Virus record (IMG/VR): IMGVR_UViG_3300021956_000006
Coordinates: 1-34,824 of that record
Reading direction: 5' to 3' (one strand)
DNA from: a virus
DNA length: 34,824 nucleotides
The first letter of the stretch is position 1, and each line of letters begins with the position of its first letter. The notes under the pieces were generated by a model. The model made no database searches. It worked only from the letters and a program-made list of their open reading frames with translations, and was not told the origin of the DNA. Made by a program: the position numbers and the translations under genes. Shown here one piece after another: positions 1-8,223 of the stretch.

Positions 1-127
1 CGTTCTGATCCATCTTCCAGTTCATGCCTGCGCTGTCACGACCCATCAAACCTTTGCGATATTGCTCGCCAATGGCTTCTTGTGGCACAAACAGACCTTT
101 CAAGCTATCCACAATGGTTGCAGATGT
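1..127. repeat. Terminal overlap, copy 1 (identical to 34698-34824); circular-contig closure
   Basis: Direct comparison gives 127/127 identical nt at the two window ends (cgttctgatccatcttccag...caatggttgcagatgt). The identity stops exactly at the window edges and lies inside the capsid ORF. Confidence 0.97.
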
Positions 128-637
128 GAAAGGTTCAACGATACATGAACGGCGGCCATCGCGTGGTGCGCCTTCAGCATCGAGGTATGCGCCTGCGGTC
201 AGGTATGTAATCAAACCTGTGGGTGGTGTGCCAGCAGTACCAACGATGTTCGCGGTTTGCAGGGTTGCCATTGACAGACCATCACGGTCAATCTTGTTGG
301 CGATAGCCGCCACAGCAGGCTTCAACACGCGGTCACTGAACATATCCAAGGACAAAGCCAAGTCTTGTGTGGTGAACTGTGTGTCAACGTGGAACTGTGT
401 GGACAGGGTAACAGGCACTGATGTTTCGTTGAAATCTTCAACGTTCAGGGCAGGGCCAGTTGTACCGATAAAACGACCGGGTCTGCGGACGTTCACGGTG
501 TTACCGATTTTTGCGCCTACGACTGCGAATTGGTCGTCATAGTTGCGGTCGACTTCCGATGTGAAAGTCAATTCGTTTTCCAAAACCATCAACGCTTCGT
601 TGGTGATCTTGGAGATGGTTAGCAATTGATTTGCCAT
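1..637 (-). CDS. Major capsid protein, P22-coat-like, N-terminal part (gene continues across the circular junction into 34078-34697)
   Basis: ATG at 637 is preceded by GGAGAAATCAA. Own translation: MANQLLTISKITNEALMVLENELTFTSEVDRNYDDQFAVVGAKIGNTVNVRRPGRF..., an N-terminal pattern typical of P22-type coat proteins. The frame runs off the window start and joins 34078-34697 in frame (637+620=1257 nt, 418 aa). Confidence 0.9.
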   Translation of the reverse strand, partial: MANQLLTISKITNEALMVLENELTFTSEVDRNYDDQFAVVGAKIGNTVNVRRPGRFIGTTGPALNVEDFNETSVPVTLSTQFHVDTQFTTQDLALSLDMFSDRVLKPAVAAIANKIDRDGLSMATLQTANIVGTAGTPPTGLITYLTAGAYLDAEGAPRDGRRSCIVEPFTSATIVDSLKGLFVPQEAIGEQYRKGLMGRDSAGMNWKMDQN

Positions 638-661
638 TTGATTTCTCCAAAAAGATTAGGT

Positions 662-1558
662 TTATCTGATCTTTCCTGATCTGCGGCTGGCTTTCCACTG
701 TGCATAAGTGCCATGAAATTCCCCATCGGAACCCATCGGTACATCTGCCGCGGTCGTCCCACCACGAATCGGATTGATCGGTGCTGGTGCTCTACTTTTA
801 ACCACAGTCTTATTTTCAGCAATTGGCTTCGCGGTTAACCGTTCTTCCAATTTCCCAATCTCTCTCAGCGCCGCTTTTGGCGACATTCCTGCTATCTTTT
901 TGGCAAGTTCTTCGTTTTCAGCTAGGTGATACAAGACCTGTGGCCCGACATCACTCTCCAGAATTGCATCCCTGACATCATCATTTACAACAACATCACT
1001 AGACGCTACGACCTCATCAAAATCTGGCAGGTTTGCTTTGGCTTGTTGCACTTTGTTCGCCCAAGTCTCTATGACCTTTTGACGCTCTTGTGCCGCACGT
1101 TCCTCAGCATCTTGTTTTTTCATCTCAGCGATTCGTTTGTCTGCCGTGTACTCTGCGAGTGCTTTGGCATATTCAAACGCATCCTGAAACTGACTTGGTT
1201 GCGGCTCTTGGTCTTCCTCCACCACGGTGGGCTTTGGTGTCTCAAGCGCCTTAATCCTTGCCTCTAGAGCTTCCCTTGCTTCGCGTTCTCGCCTTGCTTC
1301 TGCTCTGGCTTCCTCGCGTTGCTTGGTAATCTCTGAAAAACGCCTCTCAAGTTTAGGATTCTGCTTCTTTTCCTCTGTGGGTTTGGCTTCTTCCTGCTGT
1401 TCAGGTTCACTCTGGTCATCTTCCGCACTCGGCTCGGTTGGAGTTTCCTCTACGACCGCCTCGGGTGCTTCACTTCGATCAGCTAAACCTAATCTTTGTG
1501 CATAAAAATCTGCCGCATTTTCGCTGGTCAATACTGACCCTGCTTCTTTTTCTGACAT
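662..1558 (-). CDS. Scaffolding protein (putative)
   Basis: 298 aa, acidic and helical (REEARAEARREREAREALEARIKALE), with a basic C-terminal tail (WKASRRSGKIR). It lies between portal and coat, as P22 gp8 does. Confidence 0.7.
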   Translation of the reverse strand: MSEKEAGSVLTSENAADFYAQRLGLADRSEAPEAVVEETPTEPSAEDDQSEPEQQEEAKPTEEKKQNPKLERRFSEITKQREEARAEARREREAREALEARIKALETPKPTVVEEDQEPQPSQFQDAFEYAKALAEYTADKRIAEMKKQDAEERAAQERQKVIETWANKVQQAKANLPDFDEVVASSDVVVNDDVRDAILESDVGPQVLYHLAENEELAKKIAGMSPKAALREIGKLEERLTAKPIAENKTVVKSRAPAPINPIRGGTTAADVPMGSDGEFHGTYAQWKASRRSGKIR

Positions 1559-1622
1559 GAGTTACCTCAAGAATTAACCTAGTTGACCCAACTAGTAAGG
1601 TTTTGTGGTTTTTACCACCAAA

Positions 1623-3725
1623 TTATTGTTGTGTCAATGGATTTGCACCCATGTCAATGTCTGTTGCCGCAAACTGCATAGCGCTTTGTTGCTCACGGTC
1701 GCGCTTGGCAATTTCCTTGTTCAGTCTGGCAGTGTCCATGTGATGTAACAGCAATTCCATGATGGCTTCAATTTCCATCTTGTTTTGGCTGGTCACTGCA
1801 CGGGTATTTTGGTCATTGACCTTAACTTCTGCCATCGTCTCAGTGTTGTGTGCTTTGGCGGTCTGGCGCAACAATTCACGTTTGGTTTCGCTGTCTTGCT
1901 TAACTTGCTCGATGTCCTGACGCTGTTTGATGACCATTTGCAGTTGTTGTAACTGCTGTGCCATTTGTTCCATTTGCGCTTTGCTTTGTGCCAATTGCAT
2001 TTGGACTTGCGGTGGAATGGGGCTTTTCTCATCGACCTGAGACAGCGGGTTAAGGGTGGCCAAGCGGTCTGCGATGATGTCCGCGCCGGGGAAGTCCATG
2101 TTCCTAAAGATCAAGTCACCCGCAGTCTGCATCAGCGTTGGGTCAGCGGTCAGCATACCCAGCATGGAATCCACGGCTTCTTGGCGTTTCGAGTTGTAGC
2201 CGGGGCCTGTCTCCATCACCACATCGTATTCACCCACCGTCACATCGTTCATCACCTCGCCCACCGCATTGCGCTCATTCAGCGTAATCAGTTCAGGCTT
2301 TCCATCATCCCCAATGATCCGCATGACACGCTCAGAGTCATAAATCTTGGGAATCAGGTCAAGAATTACCTTACCTGTGTGGGAAATGGAACGGGTTAAA
2401 TTGTCGTAATAATCATAGTTTGTCAGGTCAATCTGTTGTTGCTGACCATTCAACGCCTTGCCAGAGATGTTGCCTGTGGGCATCTGGCTTGGGTCAAAAA
2501 TGCCCATGATGGCCTGCAAATCCTCATTGATTGCGCCAGCCGCGGCCATCACACCAGATGGTGGTGGTTCAGGTTGCAGGCGCTGTGGAGGTGGTGCAGG
2601 GCGACCATCAATGTCCAATTGCTTGTAACGCAAATAGGCTGTGGACTTGATATTGGCCTGCGCCCATTCGTTTTCGTGTCCCTCATCCTGACCCTCTGCC
2701 ATGATCCATTTGGCTTTAGGTGCAAGGGCAATGCTCTCGGTTAAGCTGGTTTGCCAGAAGTTGTACATCCGCTGTGGGTCTTTGGCGTGGCGGATCATGC
2801 CAAATTTCTTGCGTTTGTTGCCAATGACCACATGGCGACCGTAGCAGGGAATGACAGGGATATAACGACCCGGCCAATCGCGTTCCTCAATAACCTCAAT
2901 CGCGGTCATCTTCTTCCACTTGATGGTTTTCTTATAGCTTTGGCGCTCAGCAATGACCGTCAAGCCAGCCAAGTCGATGCGTTCAAAGAAATCCTTGCCA
3001 TCAGCAAATCTAGATGTGCCATCAGAAAGTTGATACAAGGTGGCTTTCTCGCGCACTGTGTAAAAGTATTCGGCAATGCGAATATCCTCTTTGGTAATCC
3101 ATTCTGACTGACTGTCGCCTGTGCCGCGTTGGGTAAACGATGTCCCGTCATCGAGTCCGGGGTACGTTGCCCGAAACACATCCTTTGGAATCATGGTGGT
3201 TATTAGGCATTTCTCAGCGTCTGAACCATCTGGCGCGATTGAGTTTGGATCCCAATAAACTGTGAACGGGTTATCCACAGGGTCGATGATGATTTCTTGG
3301 TCGAAACTGTCCTCGCGGATGTACTTTGTATTCACCCTCCAGTAGCCCCAACCCATGCGAACAGCGTAGTCAAACCCGTTGTCATAGGCGTGGTCAGCGT
3401 TGGAGTTGACTTCAATGTGGCGAATCACCCCAGAAATGACCTGTGCAACCTTTTGGTCAGCTTGGGTGTTGGTGGCGTGGACTTTGATGCGTGGGCGTTG
3501 CTGGCGCTGTTGGTTTGTGACTTGACGGCAATAAGTGTCGAGCTTATTGATGGTCAGAACAGGGCGGGATTCAAGATTGCGGCTGTTTTGCAGTTCCACA
3601 GGCCACTGGTCGCCATTGACAAACTTCAAGTCCTCTAGGGCTTCTTGGCGGTTATTCGTGTCTGCGTCATTGCAGAACTTTAAGAAATCTATCGCCTCTT
3701 GAATTATTGGGTCGTAATCGTCCAT
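1623..3725 (-). CDS. Portal protein, P22-type
   Basis: 700 aa. N-terminus is MDDYDPIIQEAIDFLKFCNDADTNNRQEALEDLKFVNGDQWP, followed by RPVLTINKL. The C-terminal helix is long and Q/E-rich, like the P22 barrel. It lies directly downstream of terL (TAAATG junction). Confidence 0.9.
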   Translation of the reverse strand: MDDYDPIIQEAIDFLKFCNDADTNNRQEALEDLKFVNGDQWPVELQNSRNLESRPVLTINKLDTYCRQVTNQQRQQRPRIKVHATNTQADQKVAQVISGVIRHIEVNSNADHAYDNGFDYAVRMGWGYWRVNTKYIREDSFDQEIIIDPVDNPFTVYWDPNSIAPDGSDAEKCLITTMIPKDVFRATYPGLDDGTSFTQRGTGDSQSEWITKEDIRIAEYFYTVREKATLYQLSDGTSRFADGKDFFERIDLAGLTVIAERQSYKKTIKWKKMTAIEVIEERDWPGRYIPVIPCYGRHVVIGNKRKKFGMIRHAKDPQRMYNFWQTSLTESIALAPKAKWIMAEGQDEGHENEWAQANIKSTAYLRYKQLDIDGRPAPPPQRLQPEPPPSGVMAAAGAINEDLQAIMGIFDPSQMPTGNISGKALNGQQQQIDLTNYDYYDNLTRSISHTGKVILDLIPKIYDSERVMRIIGDDGKPELITLNERNAVGEVMNDVTVGEYDVVMETGPGYNSKRQEAVDSMLGMLTADPTLMQTAGDLIFRNMDFPGADIIADRLATLNPLSQVDEKSPIPPQVQMQLAQSKAQMEQMAQQLQQLQMVIKQRQDIEQVKQDSETKRELLRQTAKAHNTETMAEVKVNDQNTRAVTSQNKMEIEAIMELLLHHMDTARLNKEIAKRDREQQSAMQFAATDIDMGANPLTQQ

Positions 3726-5015
3726 TTAGCCCATCCAACTGTTTGCGCCACCGTACAGGGGCATTGGTTTTGGTTTCCTACGTTCTTTGGGTTCATTCAC
3801 CATCAACCCTAGCATCCTGAACGCATCTGCGCCATGTGAATAATGGTCGTGCAAGGGCGTTCTGCTGAATTGTTTGGTGTCTGGATCAACCTCATAACGA
3901 TAGTGCCTGAGACATTGTAGACCATCATAGCAATTTTCACTATCAAAATAACACGACCTGAATATCGTTCGCGCCGCGTTTATGCTGTCCACAACAGGCG
4001 TTTTGGGAATGATTTTGGTCTTATGCCCTGCCGCCCTGACGATTTCCTCAATCGACCGCCCATTTGCCGCTAGCGTTTTGTTCTCGGCATCGTGTGGCAA
4101 CCACAGCGTGTCGTACACATAACCAAACTTTTGCATTTCAGACAGGTAATGGCTGATGGTCTGTTGGTTGTCTTCCAAGTACCTGATTAACCTTGTTTCC
4201 ATGCCTATAAACTGCACAAACCAAATGGCTGTGGCATCAGCCCACCCAAGGTCAAACACCGCATGAACAGGTTTTGTGGCATCGTAGGGAACGCGGGTAA
4301 TGCGGTTCTCCAGCTCTGCCAACTGAACCTCTTTGGCAAAGATAGCCCCATCGACTGTTTGCCTGCAAAACCCCTCCCAAACCGTACGGTGCGCCTCTGG
4401 GTCGCGGGACTTGAGGCTTTCCATCTCCAACTTCAGGGTGTCAGGAAACCACGGGTTATCAGACCAGTTAACCTTAGTCACCACCGCGTTATCAGGCTTG
4501 TGGACTACAAATCTTTGGTAGGTTTCGTCTGTCTCCAGCTCTGGGTTAAAGGTAACCCATATCTCGCTGTCAGGTTTGCGGATGGTTGGAATCAGCACGT
4601 TCCAGCTTAATCGGGTCACTGTTTGAGCTTCTTCCACCCAACAAATATCCACGCCCTCATAGGATTTGACATTAGCCACATTGTTCTTTAAGCCCACAAA
4701 ACTGAACTCAGACCCATTCTTGCCTCGGATGCTGGCTTGGGTGATTTCGTAGAACGATTGCAAATTAAGGTCGATGATCTGGTCGCATAGCAGTTTGTGG
4801 ACAGAATCCCGCATTGAAGTCATGAATTCCCGCGCACAAAGGATTCGCAAAGGTTCTTTGGCGGCTTTGATTAGCAGTGCTCGAGCTACTCCCCAAGACT
4901 TAGCGCCACCTCGCCCACCATATAAGACGCGGTATCGGGACTTTGGCGGGTCAAATAAACACGCCAGCTTGACAGGGAATTGGGCGTTGCTGACTTCACT
5001 CACTTGGTTTGACAA
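3726..5015 (-). CDS. terL: Terminase large subunit (PBSX/Terminase_3-6 type)
   Basis: 429 aa with a Walker-A-like YGGRGGAKSWG near the N-terminus. The start is non-ATG (TTG 5015 or GTG 5003) and overlaps the terS 3' end. Confidence 0.92.
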   Translation of the reverse strand: MSNQVSEVSNAQFPVKLACLFDPPKSRYRVLYGGRGGAKSWGVARALLIKAAKEPLRILCAREFMTSMRDSVHKLLCDQIIDLNLQSFYEITQASIRGKNGSEFSFVGLKNNVANVKSYEGVDICWVEEAQTVTRLSWNVLIPTIRKPDSEIWVTFNPELETDETYQRFVVHKPDNAVVTKVNWSDNPWFPDTLKLEMESLKSRDPEAHRTVWEGFCRQTVDGAIFAKEVQLAELENRITRVPYDATKPVHAVFDLGWADATAIWFVQFIGMETRLIRYLEDNQQTISHYLSEMQKFGYVYDTLWLPHDAENKTLAANGRSIEEIVRAAGHKTKIIPKTPVVDSINAARTIFRSCYFDSENCYDGLQCLRHYRYEVDPDTKQFSRTPLHDHYSHGADAFRMLGLMVNEPKERRKPKPMPLYGGANSWMG

Positions 5016-5406
5016 ATGTCACTTGGATGCCCTGCAATAGCGGTGCGCCCTCTGCGCCTGTAATCTCCTGCTTTGTGCTTTCCCTGTACTTCTTCGGAAA
5101 CCTTGCCGCCATTGATCTTGACCAGATTGAGGCATTCAGCTTGGCGCTTTCTTTCTCCTCAATCATGTGCGTTTGGCCTATTGTTTCCCACCAATCAAGC
5201 TCTAATTCCTTTGCATATTCCAAGGCGTGCAGAAATTCCTCGTGCTTATCTCTCCAATCGAATAAGACCCTAGTAGAAACCCCTAGATTTGCGGCTATTT
5301 GCTCAATTGATTTACCGATGCGCCCAAGTTCTATCGCCCTTTCGCAGAATGCAGGGTCATACAGGCTTGGTCTGCCAACTGGACGCTTTTCGGTAACTTC
5401 AGTCAT
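4996..5406 (-). CDS. terS: Terminase small subunit (putative)
   Basis: 136 aa with an N-terminal HTH-like segment (GKSIEQIAANLGVSTRVLFDWRDKH). It lies immediately upstream of terL and overlaps it. ATGA overlap with the upstream gene. Confidence 0.75.
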   Translation of the reverse strand: MTEVTEKRPVGRPSLYDPAFCERAIELGRIGKSIEQIAANLGVSTRVLFDWRDKHEEFLHALEYAKELELDWWETIGQTHMIEEKESAKLNASIWSRSMAARFPKKYRESTKQEITGAEGAPLLQGIQVTFVKPSE

Positions 5407-5561
5407 TTCTTTGCGGTCTTAGCCGACTCCTTGAATGCTTTGGCGGTGGGTGCGCCCTTTTCTCCCACTTTCCTCATTCTTTCCACAGGTTTACCCTCTG
5501 CCTTTTCGCGCTTGATGCGCTCTTGTTTGGCATGGATGTTTGCGTAAAGTCCTGTTTTCAT
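5403..5561 (-). CDS. Small Lys/Arg-rich protein, 52 aa
   Basis: Internal ATG at 5561 shares one nt with the upstream stop (TGATG). Sequence: MKTGLYANIHAKQERIKREKAEGKPVERMRKVGEKGAPTAKAFKESAKTAKK. The long form in the ORF track (to 5645) would overlap the upstream gene by 85 nt. Confidence 0.55.
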   Translation of the reverse strand: MKTGLYANIHAKQERIKREKAEGKPVERMRKVGEKGAPTAKAFKESAKTAKK

Positions 5562-5833
5562 CAGCAATTCCAGTTCTTTAATGACGCTTTGGCTCGTTCT
5601 GCTGGGCCTTTGGCATTTTTTACCACTCCCTCCATCCGCGCACAAAATGATGCCTTGCGCCCCTCATCTTTCTTGGTCTTGGGGTTTGGCGCTGGCGGCT
5701 TTAGATTTGCATTGTTCTTTTTGTTGTATTCCTCGCGCCCCTTGGCAGTCATGCCTGCACCCTTTTCAGTAGGGTTGTAGGTCTTACCCTTGCCCGTGGT
5801 CTTGTGCGGGATTGGCTTGTCGTGCGCTTTCAT
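5561..5833 (-). CDS. Small Lys-rich protein, 90 aa (KASFCARMEG motif)
   Basis: ATG 5833 forms an ATGA overlap with the upstream stop. I recognise the SFCARM-type motif from small conserved phage proteins of unknown function. Confidence 0.6.
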   Translation of the reverse strand: MKAHDKPIPHKTTGKGKTYNPTEKGAGMTAKGREEYNKKNNANLKPPAPNPKTKKDEGRKASFCARMEGVVKNAKGPAERAKASLKNWNC

Positions 5834-5970
5834 TTCTTTTTCTTGGCTTTTTCAGCCTCGCGCTTTTCGCTATATGCGATGGCAACGGCTTGCTTTACAG
5901 GCTTGCCAGCCTTGATTTCGGTCTTGATGTTTTCTTTAAACGCCTTGGGGCTGGTCGACTTCTTTAACAT
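5830..5970 (-). CDS. Small Lys-rich protein, 46 aa
   Basis: ATG 5970 has GGAGA 7 nt upstream. Sequence: MLKKSTSPKAFKENIKTEIKAGKPVKQAVAIAYSEKREAEKAKKKK. Confidence 0.55.
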   Translation of the reverse strand: MLKKSTSPKAFKENIKTEIKAGKPVKQAVAIAYSEKREAEKAKKKK

Positions 5971-6103
5971 CGTCTTTCTCCATTTCAGCCAGCATCCACT
6001 GGCATTGTTGCAATGCACCATTAATCTGGTGGATTTGTTGTTCCAACTCGCGGCCTTTTGCCATCAAGTCCTGAATTCTTAACTGGATCAATTCTTTGCT
6101 CAT
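5936..6103 (-). CDS. Small helical protein, 55 aa
   Basis: ATG 6103 (SD GAGG) forms an ATGA overlap with the GroES-like stop. Sequence begins MSKELIQLRIQDLMAKGRELEQQIHQING... Confidence 0.5.
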   Translation of the reverse strand: MSKELIQLRIQDLMAKGRELEQQIHQINGALQQCQWMLAEMEKDDVKEVDQPQGV

Positions 6104-6360
6104 AAATCCTCTACCACTGCACAAATGTCTGCCTCTTGAATAATTTGGTAATCCTGACCGTTAATCCTGTGAACAGGCCAGTTCAGGTAATCACCATTCC
6201 CGTATTTAATGAAGTCGCCAACCTTGGTCTGGTCACAATCAGGACCAACCGCCACGACTGTTCCCTCATTAAATGATTCTTTATTGTTAACGTAGATTAT
6301 GTCAGATAAGTTCCGCACCTGTGGTCTAACCACAACACGGTCACGCAGAGGTCGAATCAT
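6100..6360 (-). CDS. GroES/Cpn10-like co-chaperonin
   Basis: ATG 6360 is preceded by AAGGAGG. The sequence MIRPLRDRVVVRP...GTVVAVGP...KVGDFIKY...EADICAVVE aligns by eye with E. coli GroES (IRPLHDRVIV...GEVLAVG...KVGDIVIF...ESDILAIVE). Confidence 0.8.
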   Translation of the reverse strand: MIRPLRDRVVVRPQVRNLSDIIYVNNKESFNEGTVVAVGPDCDQTKVGDFIKYGNGDYLNWPVHRINGQDYQIIQEADICAVVEDL

Positions 6361-6541
6361 TGTCTGCCTCCTTTGCTGGTCTGCCACGGCGCTTGATAGG
6401 GATTATTTCAGCAGATGCTGATGTAAATTCGCCACACCACTCGTTGAAGTGCCTGTTTTGAAAGACAGGGTAACGGCGGCATTGCCCTAAAGCGCCAATA
6501 TTGTTGAAAAACTTGCAGGACTTACAATTCAAGTCAACCAC
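6341..6541 (-). CDS. Small Cys4 protein with a basic RGRP tail, 66 aa
   Basis: GTG start with AAGGAG 5 nt upstream. Contains CKSCKFF...GQC...WC and then KRRGRPAK (AT-hook-like). Confidence 0.55.
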   Translation of the reverse strand: MVDLNCKSCKFFNNIGALGQCRRYPVFQNRHFNEWCGEFTSASAEIIPIKRRGRPAKEADNDSTSA

Positions 6542-6607
6542 ATCAACTCCTTTCAGTTGTTTGGCCAGAAGCGCCCTTGGGTCTGTTCCCCTTGGGCGTT
6601 TCGCTTT

Positions 6608-6949
6608 TTACATACCGTCTTGCTCGTGGGCCATGCGCTTGTGCTCATAGACGACTTTCTCGCCCATGTGACCTTTCATCTCGCCTTTGCGACCATCATG
6701 CATACCCATGTGGCTGGCTTCACGCATTCCCATGCCATCAGCCTTACCCATGCCCACACCGCCACGAATCGGGGCTTTGCGCTCGCCAGATGTGTCGCTA
6801 GACAATGCACCCTTGGGTGGGGTTGCGCCTGTGGTGGATGGCACACCCATGCCTTCTTTGTCGACTTTGCTGGCGGTAATCATTTTCTCGCCTGTGCGGT
6901 CACTGCTTTTTGCGCCCTTGGGTGCAACTTCTTTGCCGTAATAGCCCAT
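6608..6949 (-). CDS. Met/His/Gly-rich low-complexity protein, 113 aa
   Basis: SD AAGGA lies 7 nt before ATG 6949, and G-first codon periodicity is good. 12 Met and 5 His. Internal repeat APKGAKSSDRTGEK / PPKGALSSDTSGERK. Confidence 0.7.
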   Translation of the reverse strand: MGYYGKEVAPKGAKSSDRTGEKMITASKVDKEGMGVPSTTGATPPKGALSSDTSGERKAPIRGGVGMGKADGMGMREASHMGMHDGRKGEMKGHMGEKVVYEHKRMAHEQDGM

Positions 6950-6981
6950 TTTCGTTTCCTTGCAAGGTTAATGGAGTTTCC

Positions 6982-7008
6982 ATTTTATATGAAATTCTGA
7001 TTTGTCAA
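6982..7008 (-). promoter_or_regulatory. Possible internal sigma70-type promoter (TTGACA-15 nt-TAAAAT)
   Basis: On the minus strand, TTGACA (7003-7008) and TAAAAT (6982-6987) lie upstream of the 6949 gene. The 15-nt spacer is short. Confidence 0.25.
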
Positions 7009-7100
7009 TCGGTTTTTTGCAGGAATTCAATCGCCAAAAACACTCCAACTAAGGCAATAAACCCCAAGATTGCCCCAAACAAAAGAACAAATATAGTCAT
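7005..7100 (-). CDS. Tiny single-TM peptide, 31 aa (not in ORF track)
   Basis: Own translation: MTIFVLLFGAILGFIALVGVFLAIEFLQKTD. The ATG shares one nt with the upstream stop (TGATG). Confidence 0.45.
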   Translation of the reverse strand: MTIFVLLFGAILGFIALVGVFLAIEFLQKTD

Positions 7101-7285
7101 CAGTGCTTCTCCCATTTTTCACATAACTCCTTAACAGTTTTGCTTTTTCTAGGCTTGTCGCAGACACGGCTAATGGATTTTTGCTTTGCTTTTTGTTTAA
7201 GTGTCAGTGGCGGCGGTGGGTCTAAATGCAACCCATGATACCCAATTGTGCTTAACACCACCCCAAGAATTAAACGGTCAATCAT
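7100..7285 (-). CDS. Hypothetical protein, 61 aa, hydrophobic N-terminus and basic C-terminus
   Basis: ATGA overlap with the upstream gene. Sequence begins MIDRLILGVVLSTIGYHGL... and is followed by a K-rich tail. Confidence 0.55.
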   Translation of the reverse strand: MIDRLILGVVLSTIGYHGLHLDPPPPLTLKQKAKQKSISRVCDKPRKSKTVKELCEKWEKH

Positions 7286-7797
7286 GTGTTCTTCTCCTTG
7301 TTAGGCCATTCAGCCCAAAATATAGGTTTGCCAATCAGGTGTTCTTTTTCCATGACCATTTCAACAAACTCAAGTGGGGAAACCTGCACAAGTTCTTGCT
7401 CTGTGCGCTGTGGTGGAATGGCTCTAACCATGTGTTTTAACCAATCAGCCTGAAACCACTCATCTTGCCCGTTAATCCTGACGCATAGGTCTGTGTGATG
7501 TGCGTGTTTTAAACGGTCAATTATGCGTTGAATGGAATCTACTTCAAGCGAATTTATGTTTTTGTCAGTCAACAGCCACGCCACAGGCTCTTGGCTTTCC
7601 AAATTTGCAATGGCTTGGCGCTTACCTGCCGCTTCACCAAACGCATATCCATTTACATAACCCTCACGATACAAAGTATGCGAATCAAACTCTGCAATGG
7701 CTTGGCGGAGTTCTTCGGTGTATGCGTGAAAGTTAACACCGCCACCTTCTGCGGCTATTTCAAACGCCTCAAGCGCCTGTTTCAATACTTCAATCAT
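7282..7797 (-). CDS. Hypothetical protein, 171 aa
   Basis: ATG 7797 (SD GAGG) overlaps the upstream stop by 8 nt. The ORF-track start at 7827 is TTG. Confidence 0.6.
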   Translation of the reverse strand: MIEVLKQALEAFEIAAEGGGVNFHAYTEELRQAIAEFDSHTLYREGYVNGYAFGEAAGKRQAIANLESQEPVAWLLTDKNINSLEVDSIQRIIDRLKHAHHTDLCVRINGQDEWFQADWLKHMVRAIPPQRTEQELVQVSPLEFVEMVMEKEHLIGKPIFWAEWPNKEKNT

Positions 7798-8005
7798 GCT
7801 TGCAACCTCTGGCTTTGATGGCTTCAATCACATCAGCTTGAAACCAATTGCTGAATGATGTTTCTTTGATGATTTTGATTGCGGCTTCACGTTCTTTGGC
7901 GGCTACCAGTTTGGCAAAGTTCCACAATGGTTCAAAGCCGCTTTCGCCATGTGCGTATTGCCAACCAGCTTGTTTAGCCAAATCAATCATTTCATCTTGT
8001 GTCAT
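7790..8005 (-). CDS. Hypothetical protein, 71 aa
   Basis: ATGA overlap at 8002-8005. It is the only long ORF here on the operon strand. Confidence 0.6.
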   Translation of the reverse strand: MTQDEMIDLAKQAGWQYAHGESGFEPLWNFAKLVAAKEREAAIKIIKETSFSNWFQADVIEAIKARGCKHD

Positions 8006-8223
8006 GCGTAGTCCCCTTCCTCCGTGTGTTCAGTCAGCCGTGCCGTTAAACGAGCTATGCGCCGTTCGTTGTATTGGATAGCCGCATACGCATACTCAGC
8101 CGCAGTCTCAGCTTCCAACTTGCGTAGGTGTGCTTCTCGCAGTTCATAAGCAATAACCTCATGGATGGTTTTTGCTCGCATCAATTCTTTGACATATTTA
8201 ACGGTTGATTCTCTGAAACTCAT
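8002..8223 (-). CDS. Hypothetical helical protein, 73 aa
   Basis: ATGA overlap at 8220-8223. Confidence 0.6.
   Translation of the reverse strand: MSFRESTVKYVKELMRAKTIHEVIAYELREAHLRKLEAETAAEYAYAAIQYNERRIARLTARLTEHTEEGDYA

Noticed and set aside
24-542. 172-aa plus-strand ORF, along with many other 60-150 aa ORFs in the track that lie antisense to long genes.
   Set aside because: It lies entirely antisense to the capsid gene, which has strong family-level recognition. It has no SD and an odd composition. The same reasoning applies to the other antisense ORFs inside portal, terminase, fibre and ejection genes.
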